From positions 1 to 57,109 of the IMG/VR virus record IMGVR_UViG_3300029113_000006: DNA of 57,109 bases; one strand, written 5' to 3'. Shown here piece by piece: positions 26,797 to 35,101 of the stretch. The position numbers were made by a program, and so were the translations under genes. The stretch comes from a virus. Below the pieces are notes generated by a model that worked only from the letters and a program-made list of their open reading frames with translations, did not search any database and had not been told where the DNA came from. Every line of letters starts with the position of its first letter. Position 1 is the stretch's first letter.

Positions 26797-26950
26797 AAAA
26801 ATAAGCTACCAGCGGAACTTTGGACGGCAACGCTGATAGCTTATCCACATCACGAAACGAGAACCTGCAACCACCAAGGGGGCAGTCTCCCTTTTCGGAA
26901 TCTATTATACCAAAAAGGGCTGCTCTCCGCAAGAGTTAGGAGCAAAAAAC

Positions 26951-27109
26951 ATGAACTTTCCCACGACAACCGAAGAATTTCTGAAAACTCTCGCCAACGG
27001 CAAAGAGCCGACCAGCGAGGACAGGGAGTACGCAGAAGCTCTGGGCAAGCTGTCCGAACTGAATTACCGGGCAGGGTACGAAGCTGGAGTGACCAAAAAT
27101 AATGGCTGA
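26951..27109 (+). CDS. 52-aa hypothetical protein (below ORF-track cutoff)
   Basis: AGGAG RBS; MNFPTTTEEFLKTLANGKEPTSEDREYAEALGKLSELNYRAGYEAGVTKNNG. Confidence 0.45.
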   Translation: MNFPTTTEEFLKTLANGKEPTSEDREYAEALGKLSELNYRAGYEAGVTKNNG

Positions 27110-27186
27110 GTTTTGTGCAAAACGTAGAAAGTGGTTTGTCAAGATGAACGAACACTAAATGTTGTGTTTCGTTGGTCTATTTCCGC

Positions 27187-27215
27187 TTGACTTTACTACA
27201 TTTTGCAATTACACT
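27187..27215 (+). promoter_or_regulatory. Candidate promoter TTGACT-17-TACACT
   Basis: Read directly. Confidence 0.4.
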
Positions 27216-27245
27216 TAATGCACCTCAAAGAAAGGAGATGAAAAC

Positions 27246-27419
27246 ATGGCAAGAAGTCCCTACATCGAAGCATACCGCCATCAGGTAGCCGTTGGCTTTA
27301 CTGATCGTCAGTATGAGTTGCTGGTGGAGCACTGCAAGAAGTGCCGCGTGTCACTGTCACAGGCCGTCCGCGATGCCTACCTTGAGAAGTACCCCATGCC
27401 CGATGAAAACGAAAAATGA
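27246..27419 (+). CDS. Second ribbon-helix-helix protein, 57 aa (below ORF-track cutoff)
   Basis: AAAGGAG RBS; MARSPYIEAYRHQVAVGFTDRQYELLVEHCKKCRVSLSQAVRDAYLEKY... Confidence 0.5.
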   Translation: MARSPYIEAYRHQVAVGFTDRQYELLVEHCKKCRVSLSQAVRDAYLEKYPMPDENEK

Positions 27420-27538
27420 TACGTCCGCTGCTGTCTGCAAACTTTAGCGAACGTATCATGTAAACCCTGAGAGAAGCATTCTCTCGCCGTTATTATAGCA
27501 GAAAATTGCTTCTCTCACAAGTGAAAAGGAGCTTTTTA

Positions 27539-28333
27539 ATGCAACTTTCTTTGTCTGAGAACATCAAAATCTTCAACAACGCCGAGTTTGGCGAAATCCG
27601 CGTCATGCTCATTGACGATGACCCTTGGTTTGTTGGCAAGGACATTGCCGCAGCACTTGGGTACGTCAACACGAAAGACGCTCTTGCAAAGCACGTTGAC
27701 GAGCAAGATAAGCGTCAGGGAGATGGGGTAGCGTTTTGCGACCCCATGGGTAGAGAACAGCATCCGACCATCATCAACGAATCCGGCCTATACAGTCTGA
27801 TTTTCAGTAGCAAGCTGGAAAGCGCACAGCGGTTCAAGCACTGGGTCACTCACGAGGTCTTGCCGTCCATTCGCAAGCATGGGATGTACATGACCGACAA
27901 CCTGTTGGAGACGGCTATTGCCAACCCGGACTTTGTGATCGGGCTGATTCAAAACATGAAGGCCGAGAAGGAAAAGAGTGCAGCATTGCAGATGCAGAAC
28001 AAGCAGCTCTACGAGAAGAACGAAGAGATGCAGCCTAAGGCGGACTACTTCGATGACCTTGTGGCATGGAACTTGGCTGTTTGTTTCCGTGGAACGGCAA
28101 AGGAACTGCGTATTCCTGAACGCAAGTTCATCCAATCGCTTATTGAAGATGGTTACATTTACCGTGACAAAAACAGAAATCTCCTGCCGAAAGCTGGCAA
28201 AGGTGACGAACTGTTTGTCGTTAAGGAATTTCTCAATCGGAAGAATAAGCATGGCGGTTTGCAGACCAGAGTAACGCCGAAAGGCCGTGAGACGTTCCGT
28301 CTGCTCTATGCAAGCATCCGCAAAAACGGATAA
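27539..28333 (+). CDS. Antirepressor (Bro-N domain plus KilAC-like C-terminus)
   Basis: FNNAEFGEIRVMLIDDDPWFVGKDIAAALGY... Bro-N signature; start ATG 27539 after AAAGGAG. Confidence 0.8.
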   Translation: MQLSLSENIKIFNNAEFGEIRVMLIDDDPWFVGKDIAAALGYVNTKDALAKHVDEQDKRQGDGVAFCDPMGREQHPTIINESGLYSLIFSSKLESAQRFKHWVTHEVLPSIRKHGMYMTDNLLETAIANPDFVIGLIQNMKAEKEKSAALQMQNKQLYEKNEEMQPKADYFDDLVAWNLAVCFRGTAKELRIPERKFIQSLIEDGYIYRDKNRNLLPKAGKGDELFVVKEFLNRKNKHGGLQTRVTPKGRETFRLLYASIRKNG

Positions 28334-28371
28334 GTAACGCTTTCTAAAAATTTAGAAAGCGAAAATAGAAA

Positions 28372-28408
28372 AGCCAGTGGTTAGAGAGCATCTAGCCGCT
28401 GGCTTTTT
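28372..28408. terminator. Bidirectional terminator between convergent genes
   Basis: AGCCAGTGG...CCGCTGGCTTTTT. Confidence 0.65.
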
Positions 28409-28419
28409 ATGTTATACGA

Positions 28420-29046
28420 TTATTCCTCTACGAGGTCTGCGTACTTGACTTCAATGCGGGGCAGTTCATCGGTGGTGCTGGTCAATGCTCTGGTGATTTT
28501 TTCAAGCCCGGTGAACTCACCATAGACGGTGATAATATCATCTTCCAGAATCTTCACAGCATCGCCGCCACGCTTATCCAGCATATAATACTCGTCATCG
28601 GCATAGAATCCGTATCCGCTGTTGTCGGTGTAGGTTCTCCATGCTTTTTCGCTGCCGGAGAAGTTTGCATCAATAATCTGCGAGACCTTTACCTTGACTA
28701 CAATCTTGGTGTCCTCATACTTTTCGGGATAGCGGCACAGCTCCTTATAGTCCACAGTCTGGCACTCTGCTTTGTAATCGTCCTCGCTGATTTCAGGTAC
28801 AACAGATGCAACGGAAGAAGCGGTCGATGCACTTGCCTTCGTTGCCTTACTGCTGCTTGCAGAGCTGTCAGAGCTACTACCAGAGCCGCCAATGGCAGAC
28901 AGAACAATCAGAACGATAATTGCGATGAACCACCAGCGCTTGTAGATGGGCGGCTTGTTTTTACCGCCACACTGAGGGCAGACCTTTGCACTTGCGGCAA
29001 TCTCTGCGCCACAGTGCTTACATGTTGTCATTTTATTTTTAGCCAT
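28420..29046 (-). CDS. Zinc-ribbon membrane protein with extracellular domain (superinfection-exclusion candidate)
   Basis: CKHCG...CPQCG, TM helix WWFIAIIVLIVLSAIG, Ser-rich linker. Confidence 0.65.
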   Translation of the reverse strand: MAKNKMTTCKHCGAEIAASAKVCPQCGGKNKPPIYKRWWFIAIIVLIVLSAIGGSGSSSDSSASSSKATKASASTASSVASVVPEISEDDYKAECQTVDYKELCRYPEKYEDTKIVVKVKVSQIIDANFSGSEKAWRTYTDNSGYGFYADDEYYMLDKRGGDAVKILEDDIITVYGEFTGLEKITRALTSTTDELPRIEVKYADLVEE

Positions 29047-29548
29047 TGTAGATTCCTCCCTTTCAAGGCTTGTAAGGCAAGTATAGCACAGAACACAGAC
29101 CCTTTGTAGGGGTCTTTTTGTTTTTGCGCGGAATTTTTGAGATTGACAATAGTGGGTGGGGGTGTTTTGTGCAGAAAAGAGGGGGTGGGCAGGAAGTAAA
29201 AACGCCTTTTTTATTTTGGAGATTTTTCGCGCTACTCACCGGGCGGGGCTGGGTGGCGGCTATATACCCCGCCGGTGGAGACCCCAGCGCCCCAGCGCAC
29301 CCGGACGGCCTGCACATCACAGGCAGCAGGGCAGGCCGTGCCAGAACCAGGGCAGACAAGTACCAGGGCATACCGCCGCCCAAACGCTGGACACGCTGCA
29401 CCGGTCTGCACTCGATACCAGACAGGCCACGCAGGGCAGATCGTAACGGTGCGGGACGTTGAAGAGCGTGGAGTGTGTCCGGCAAACTACACTTTTTCGG
29501 ATACAAAATATTTTCCACGCAAACGTGTATAAGTGTTGCCTGTGCAAC

Positions 29549-29576
29549 TTGACTTTTCCATGGATTCATGTATAAT
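29549..29576 (+). promoter_or_regulatory. Strong promoter TTGACT-16-TATAAT for the AT-rich cassette
   Basis: Read directly; overlaps the ORF-track start at 29568, arguing for the downstream ATG 29655. Confidence 0.6.
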
Positions 29577-29654
29577 ATAATCAGAACACGAAAACATGGA
29601 AACATGGAAACAAAATCAACCACAATACCGTTACAAAACAGGAGGATAAAAACC

Positions 29655-30269
29655 ATGAAAACCACAAACAACATTCTTTACCTTGAGTGCCGCGGCTGCT
29701 ACTTTTTTGCAAATGAGCCTAGCAACAATCTGTCCGACGTTGGTAACTACCGAGTGGGAGTATACAAGCACCGAATTGCAGCAAAAGACGGACGTTCTTA
29801 TATTTTGGAGTTTGGTGGCTATGACAGAAAAGAAATGCTGTATACATCACCGAAAACCGGAAAGCCCTTGAAGCGCCCCAAATACGAAGTAATAAAAAAT
29901 GCACTGCATATTAGCACAGAGTTTGAAACGCAAGAAAACGGCTATAAAACATCATGGAGAAATTGCAAGCTTGAAAAAGAAATGCACGACAAAAAAGCAT
30001 ATCTTTTCACAAAAGCCGATATTTTGAAGGCCGTAAACGATATTAGCATAAAGCAATATACCAAAATTGTGCTGCTGTCAAATGAAAGCATCGCCGACAG
30101 TCTGCCAGCAATTTATAAACTTGGCGGATACCGTGAAAAAGGCATCCTTGACAGCCTTGTTGAAGTAAAAACAAAGCAGTACACAAAAGATTATCATGTA
30201 TATACCTTTATCGCTGAAAACGGCGACACGTTCGACTATGAAGCACTTAGCAATAGAATAACAGGGTAA
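29655..30269 (+). CDS. Hypothetical 204-aa protein
   Basis: AGGAGG RBS; no motif recognised. Confidence 0.6.
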   Translation: MKTTNNILYLECRGCYFFANEPSNNLSDVGNYRVGVYKHRIAAKDGRSYILEFGGYDRKEMLYTSPKTGKPLKRPKYEVIKNALHISTEFETQENGYKTSWRNCKLEKEMHDKKAYLFTKADILKAVNDISIKQYTKIVLLSNESIADSLPAIYKLGGYREKGILDSLVEVKTKQYTKDYHVYTFIAENGDTFDYEALSNRITG

Positions 30270-30284
30270 CAGGAGGGCAAAACA

Positions 30285-30380
30285 ATGATTACTCTTGACT
30301 TTTCCCAGTGGGCCGCCCTCTGGTACGTTGGCGGCATGATCTCCGGCGCACTGGTTATGATCGTATTTCTTAACAGCTAA
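30285..30380 (+). CDS. 31-aa TM peptide (below ORF-track cutoff)
   Basis: AGGAGG RBS; MITLDFSQWAALWYVGGMISGALVMIVFLNS. Confidence 0.45.
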   Translation: MITLDFSQWAALWYVGGMISGALVMIVFLNS

Positions 30381-30396
30381 TAAGGAGGATAAAACA

Positions 30397-30660
30397 ATGA
30401 CTGAATTTGAAGAAAAGGTAAACGAATATCGCGAAAATAAGCGGCTTTTGGAAGAGCTGGAAGCAATGAACGAAAGCATTAAAGCAGATATTATCTGCAT
30501 GATGCAGGGCGCGCCTGAGATGGCGCAGGGTACAGCAAAAGCCATTTACAAGGATGTGCAAAGCGTACGGCTAGATAGCAAGCTTTTGAAGACGCTGCAC
30601 CCTGATGTGTATGCCGAATGCAGCAGCAAAACCACCTACAAGCGTTTTAGCGTGGTATAA
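30397..30660 (+). CDS. Hypothetical 87-aa protein
   Basis: AAGGAGG RBS; ORF track. Confidence 0.6.
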   Translation: MTEFEEKVNEYRENKRLLEELEAMNESIKADIICMMQGAPEMAQGTAKAIYKDVQSVRLDSKLLKTLHPDVYAECSSKTTYKRFSVV

Positions 30661-30886
30661 GGGGGTGCAAGCTGTGATACTATCCGCACTTCTGTTTTTC
30701 TTCTGGTTTTTCTCTGCACTTTTCAAGGCCAGTAAATGACCAGATCGGACACTTTAGCGGGGCTGCACCGTAAAGCAACCCCGCCCCAGCCCAAAAGGGC
30801 AAAAATATTTTTGCAAGTCCTGTTTTTGGGGCCTGCGATATGATATACTGTAAAAAAGGGCAAAAGCTCGGAAAGAAGATGGCAAA

Positions 30887-31336
30887 ATGACAAGATTTGA
30901 AATTGACCGCTTGGAAGAGGCTTTCCAATATCTTGAGGACAAACTTAATCACAGGTATGAATATTTGATCAAAAATGGCACGCCAGAGCAAAAAGAAATC
31001 GTAAAGAAAAAAATTAAAAGAGTTTTAATTGATTATAACGACGTGAAAAGGACGCTGAACAATTTTGGTTTCTTCACTGAGGACGAAAATAACACCACTT
31101 ATAATGAAAAATATTTCGCAGATCCTACGATTGACCACGTTTACACCTTCCGCGTTGTGTGGTCTGGTTTCGTAGAAAGCGAAGGCTTTCCCGGTGAAAA
31201 TGAGGAAAATTTTGTTCAGAACGGGCACACAAAAGAAGAAGCACAACATTTTTTAGAATCGCATCTTCTTTTTGAGCACTGCACCGACAAAAATTTCAAA
31301 ATCAAAGAAATTACTTTACTTTATCAAAATGCATAA
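30887..31336 (+). CDS. Hypothetical 149-aa protein
   Basis: ORF track; followed by a terminator. Confidence 0.55.
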   Translation: MTRFEIDRLEEAFQYLEDKLNHRYEYLIKNGTPEQKEIVKKKIKRVLIDYNDVKRTLNNFGFFTEDENNTTYNEKYFADPTIDHVYTFRVVWSGFVESEGFPGENEENFVQNGHTKEEAQHFLESHLLFEHCTDKNFKIKEITLLYQNA

Positions 31337-31343
31337 TTCTCAA

Positions 31344-31374
31344 CCCCGCCCACGCTGGCGGGGCTTTTCTTTTG
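31344..31374 (+). terminator. Intrinsic terminator of the cassette
   Basis: CCCCGCC-cacgct-GGCGGGGCTTTTCTTTT. Confidence 0.7.
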
Positions 31375-32806
31375 CCTTGTATCGACACGGTGCAGGGCTT
31401 TTATTTTTATCAGGCTACAATACAGCCGCATACAAGCGTTTACAGCGCGTTTTGTTCAGTTAATGCAGTTATACCACCAACACCGCAAAACAGCGCACAG
31501 GGCTTTACAGGTGCGTTTCCGGCAATTTGACCCATTCCACCGCATATAATACCAGACCGGCAAAAGCGGATATAACGCCGCCTGCGCCGTGCTGGAGCAC
31601 ATCACAGCGCTGCAGCACCTCCAGCGCATACCAGATACCAGACGCCGCGCCGGACGCTATACAGGTTATAATAAGGTATATAAGGGTGCAGCATACCGCA
31701 AACCATGCCAGCCCGGCGGGGTCAGCTCCTACCGTGTGCGGATCGCTGGCAAGTGCTGCACCCGGCGCACCTGCTGAGGGGTCAGCGCCTCCACCTGTAC
31801 CGGGTCAGCCCGGCGGCGGTCTCGATACTTCCCACGCCTGGCTAAATCCCTGGCGCCGGATTAGCCAGGCATTAGCCCGGCACACGTCCGGTATTATGTT
31901 TTCTTCCTGGCACGGGCGGCGCGGAACAACTGGCGGCTATCGCCGCATCTCTTTTCGGGCTTTCGCCCGATAACCAATAGAGGTCAGCAATAGTCGCAGC
32001 GTTCCGGCTGAGATAGTCGTAGCTAATAGTCGTAGTTTCTCCCGGCGGATAGTCGTGGAATAGTCGTAAAGTCGTCAGACGACCGCCGTTTGAAAGTCCT
32101 ATATATAGTATAACAACGAGCTGTTCGGTGATAGTCGCAGAGTAATAGTCGTAGCATTTTCTTGAGAATCATCGTCAAATAGTCGTGTATTTTTTGTGTG
32201 AAATAGTCGTTTGCCTTTTAGGAGAAGGGAGGTGCGATAGTCGCTAAGTCGTCCGACACCCCCAAAATCAATAGATGTCAAGACACCTGTCAATTTTAAT
32301 CCCAATCGCATTACCTCAAAATCTTTAACAATCGTACTTATTATAATAGTCGCAGACAATTACTCAATTTTTTTAACTATTATTCTGCTAAAATAGTCGT
32401 ATCATCCAATTCGGTTCGTTCTCCTCTGATTTAATTACCGACAGCCACAATCATATCATACCAATCAACTAGGATTATTCATTCGGCAAATACCTCAATG
32501 CTTTTAACTATCCAATAAGACTATCCGACTGGTCAGTCGCTTTTAATCTGTAATCAACCGCTCATACAGCTATGCAACATTTCTACATATTCAACCGACC
32601 ACAAAATGAAGTCAATTCTCCATGTCTGAAATAGTCGTAGACCATCCACCAGTCCGAATCTCACGCCAGTTCTTGCCTACGGTCTGCTCTGCTGGCTAAG
32701 GGTGTGGCTTTGGAGATAGAGGGTTGTAGGGGGGAAGAACCTTTGCAAAAAGCATTTAGTTGTCATTTTCAGTTGTCGCAGTTGTTGCACCATTTTGGCG
32801 TGGGGG

Positions 32807-32908
32807 CCTCAAACAATTTATTTGTTTGAGGGGGGGAGTTAGGGGGATTATAAGGGGTAATAGGGGTTGTAGGGGAAAGAGGGGGAAGAAAGGGGGGAAG
32901 ATTGGATG
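32807..32908 (+). other. 10-bp-stem hairpin followed by a C-free 94-nt tract with seven G4-G7 runs (G-quadruplex/R-loop-prone)
   Basis: CCTCAAACAA-tttat-TTGTTTGAGG, then GGGGGGGagttaGGGGG...GGGGGG; no C from 32815 to 32908. Confidence 0.85.
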
Positions 32909-32946
32909 CAAACGCATCATGTGCATCCATTCGCATGCAAACGCAT
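32906..32946. repeat. Two exact ATGCAAACGCAT boxes 29 bp apart, flanking GCATCCATTCGCAT (origin-like)
   Basis: Read directly; related boxes lie at 35423..35494. Confidence 0.8.
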
Positions 32947-33141
32947 CACGTTAATAGTCGTAGCCATATCAGCTCAAACGCCACTCGATCAAGACGGCTC
33001 CTACTCAAAATAAGACCTTGCCATTTTCTCCCGATAAATAACAAGAGAAAAAAGCACGGAATAGTCGCAGAGGGTAGTTTTACCACCTGATACCATTCCA
33101 TGCTTTCTAATACAGTAGTTTTGTAGCCGCACGAGCTAAGA

Positions 33142-33444
33142 TTAGATATTCTTGGCTTCTCTTGCCTTACGCAAACGCTCTGCCAGTGCTTCACGCTGCT
33201 CTTCGCTGATCTTACGAGTGACAGGTGACCGGAACTTCACAAGACGTTTCGGCATCGAATAGGTCTTGGATTCCTTGCACAGCTTGGCAGACAGATCCGC
33301 CATAAACTTGTATGTGTCTGGGAACTGCTCACAGAGCTTGTCCAGCTTGCGAATGTAAACCGGGTCTGCCGTGTAGATTTCTGCGGTATCTTCCGCTGCG
33401 TTGAAGTTGATGATAGTCTCACGTTCGATGTTGGTGAGTGCCAT
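33142..33444 (-). CDS. Hypothetical 100-aa protein (last gene of the early operon)
   Basis: ORF track. Confidence 0.55.
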   Translation of the reverse strand: MALTNIERETIINFNAAEDTAEIYTADPVYIRKLDKLCEQFPDTYKFMADLSAKLCKESKTYSMPKRLVKFRSPVTRKISEEQREALAERLRKAREAKNI

Positions 33445-33585
33445 AGTTGTTTTTCTCCTGTATTTTGTGTAGTGAAAAATATTTATGGGGTTCAGACGGT
33501 AACTTTATCGCCTAAACCCTGTTATCTGTTTTTCTTGCCTATTCTACTGTGACGATACGAGCGAAGAAGCGATGCTAGGCTACTA

Positions 33586-33861
33586 TCACTCAATCGCTTC
33601 GTATGTTTTCTCGAAAATGTCAGGTTTACACGGGTAGATTTCGCCATTTACACCACGAATGATATAATCGCCAGTCCTCGCAATCATAGTCCCTTCAAGC
33701 GTTTTAATCTCGCACCACGCAGGGTCATTGTGAAACTTTCCGAAGTCATGCGTAATAATATCATTGCTACTTACTGCATCCCAGAACCAATCTTCTCCAA
33801 CGAGACCTCGTGCATTGAGCTTGAATGCCTCGATAACAACTGGTTTCTTGCGATATTTCAT
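33586..33861 (-). CDS. Small conserved phage protein (PGDYG-like 'TGDYI' motif)
   Basis: Start ATG 33861 after GAGAGGAG; MKYRKKPVVIEAFKL... Confidence 0.5.
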   Translation of the reverse strand: MKYRKKPVVIEAFKLNARGLVGEDWFWDAVSSNDIITHDFGKFHNDPAWCEIKTLEGTMIARTGDYIIRGVNGEIYPCKPDIFEKTYEAIE

Positions 33862-33877
33862 GTTTATTCTCCTCTCG

Positions 33878-35101
33878 TTACATCCACACGCATTCTTTGA
33901 ACTGCTGTGTTTCCATCTGGAACGTAATGTCCAGTGACCCCACGTTGCCCTCTTTGTTCTTCTCAAGCGCAAAGTGATAATGCTGCTCTGGTCGTTTTTT
34001 CGTGGTCACGTTCTGTGCCAGCAGGATAATTGCATCTGCGTCCTGCTCGATCTGTCCGCTCTCTCGCAGGTCTGCGGCAGTCGGTGGGATACCCGCTCTT
34101 GCGGTTTCTCGATTGAGCTGCGCAAGAGCTACCACAAGCGTTCCTGTGGACTGTGCGAACTCATGCAGTGCCATGCTGATTTCTGTGACGGCACTGTATC
34201 GGTCTTTCGCTCCGGCTTGATGAATAAGCTGCAAATAGTCGATGAACACCACTTTTGCTTGCATCCTGATGGACTGCGTTCTAATCCATCCAACGCTCTT
34301 ACCAGCAGCGGAGCGAACGAACAGCGGATATTTCTTGATGGCTGCTAGTCGGTCAAGTTCGTTAATGCTGACGGTCTTGTTTTTGACCGTATGCAACGGT
34401 ACGCCTAGCTGGTTTGCTATGATACGAGCATAGAGTGTATCCGGGTCTGTCTCTAGGCTGAAATACGCCACCTTGCGTCCGTTCTTGGCTATTTCACAGG
34501 CAAGTTGCAGAGACAGAGCGGTCTTACCAGCAGACGGTCTTCCGCCGATCACAACGAAGTTTCCCGGCACAAGATGCAAGTTGTTATCCAGCACTCTGAG
34601 CCCTGTGCTGATATACTCCGGCTTATCATCCAGCTTGCGGATGTAATTGTCTATGCCATCGCACATCGGAATGAAATCGCTTCTCTCGTTGTGCAGGTTG
34701 ATGGCTTCGCCTAGCTGCTCATAGATGCCTGTCAGGTCTGCATACCTTGTCGAGCCATCAACGATTTTGAACGCAATCTCTCTGGCTCTGGATAACGCTG
34801 CCTGTTCCTTGACGATTCCAGCCCATCCAAGCATCATGTCATGGGTGACATTGCGGATGAACTCTGCGCCAAAGGCATCTAGGCATTCACCCATTGCTTT
34901 CTTGCAGTTATCGTACCGCCCCATGACTTCTACCGGGTTCCATTTGTCGTTGTGTTCCCAATAACCACGAATGGCAGCGAATGTATCACGCAGTTCTGGG
35001 CAAAAATCGTCGATTTTAAGGTCTTGTAGCACATCGGCGTATTCCGAGAACGTGAGGACTGCTCCCAGCAGGATGTATTGGGTTTGATTTTCAATATTCA
35101 C
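33878..35101 (-). CDS. dnaB: Replicative DNA helicase DnaB
   Basis: GGRPSAGKTALSLQLA Walker A, IDYLQLI, 407 aa. Confidence 0.9.
   Translation of the reverse strand: MNIENQTQYILLGAVLTFSEYADVLQDLKIDDFCPELRDTFAAIRGYWEHNDKWNPVEVMGRYDNCKKAMGECLDAFGAEFIRNVTHDMMLGWAGIVKEQAALSRAREIAFKIVDGSTRYADLTGIYEQLGEAINLHNERSDFIPMCDGIDNYIRKLDDKPEYISTGLRVLDNNLHLVPGNFVVIGGRPSAGKTALSLQLACEIAKNGRKVAYFSLETDPDTLYARIIANQLGVPLHTVKNKTVSINELDRLAAIKKYPLFVRSAAGKSVGWIRTQSIRMQAKVVFIDYLQLIHQAGAKDRYSAVTEISMALHEFAQSTGTLVVALAQLNRETARAGIPPTAADLRESGQIEQDADAIILLAQNVTTKKRPEQHYHFALEKNKEGNVGSLDITFQMETQQFKECVWM

Larger units (their letters stand above)
31990..33067 (+). repeat. Array of 15 same-strand ATAGTCG cores (consensus rATAGTCGyAG) in an ORF-poor region
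   Basis: Cores start at 31990, 32013, 32026, 32049, 32060, 32131, 32145, 32179, 32213, 32237, 32346, 32393, 32631, 32954, 33061. Confidence 0.9.

Noticed and set aside
29097-29126. Plus-strand hairpin plus T-run (AGACCC-tttgta-GGGGTCTTTTT) as a terminator
   Set aside because: No plus-strand gene or convincing promoter lies upstream. It is more likely part of the 5' region of the minus-strand zinc-ribbon gene or an insulator, and the evidence is insufficient.
29312-29322. Shared 11-mer GCACATCACAG (also at 31597..31607) as evidence that the two GC-rich blocks are direct repeats flanking a mobile cassette
   Set aside because: Hundreds of repeated 11-mers are expected by chance in a genome this size, and the surrounding similarity is weak and compositional.
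29063-29674. 203-aa minus-strand ORF spanning the GC-rich block and the cassette promoter
   Set aside because: It runs through a near-consensus promoter and non-coding GC-rich DNA, and the sequence is not protein-like.
31527-31973. 148-aa plus-strand ORF in the GC-rich block
   Set aside because: Its Ala/Pro/Gly/Ser-rich composition is driven by GC content. It has no RBS and overlaps several other equally poor ORFs.
32760-32954. 64-aa ORF translating the G-run tract (R/G/K-rich)
   Set aside because: It is an artefact of the homopurine tract. It has a TTG start and no RBS.
31990-33067. Could the ATAGTCG array be a CRISPR array?
   Set aside because: The repeats are only 7-11 bp, the spacing is irregular (11 to about 320 bp), and there are no cas genes.
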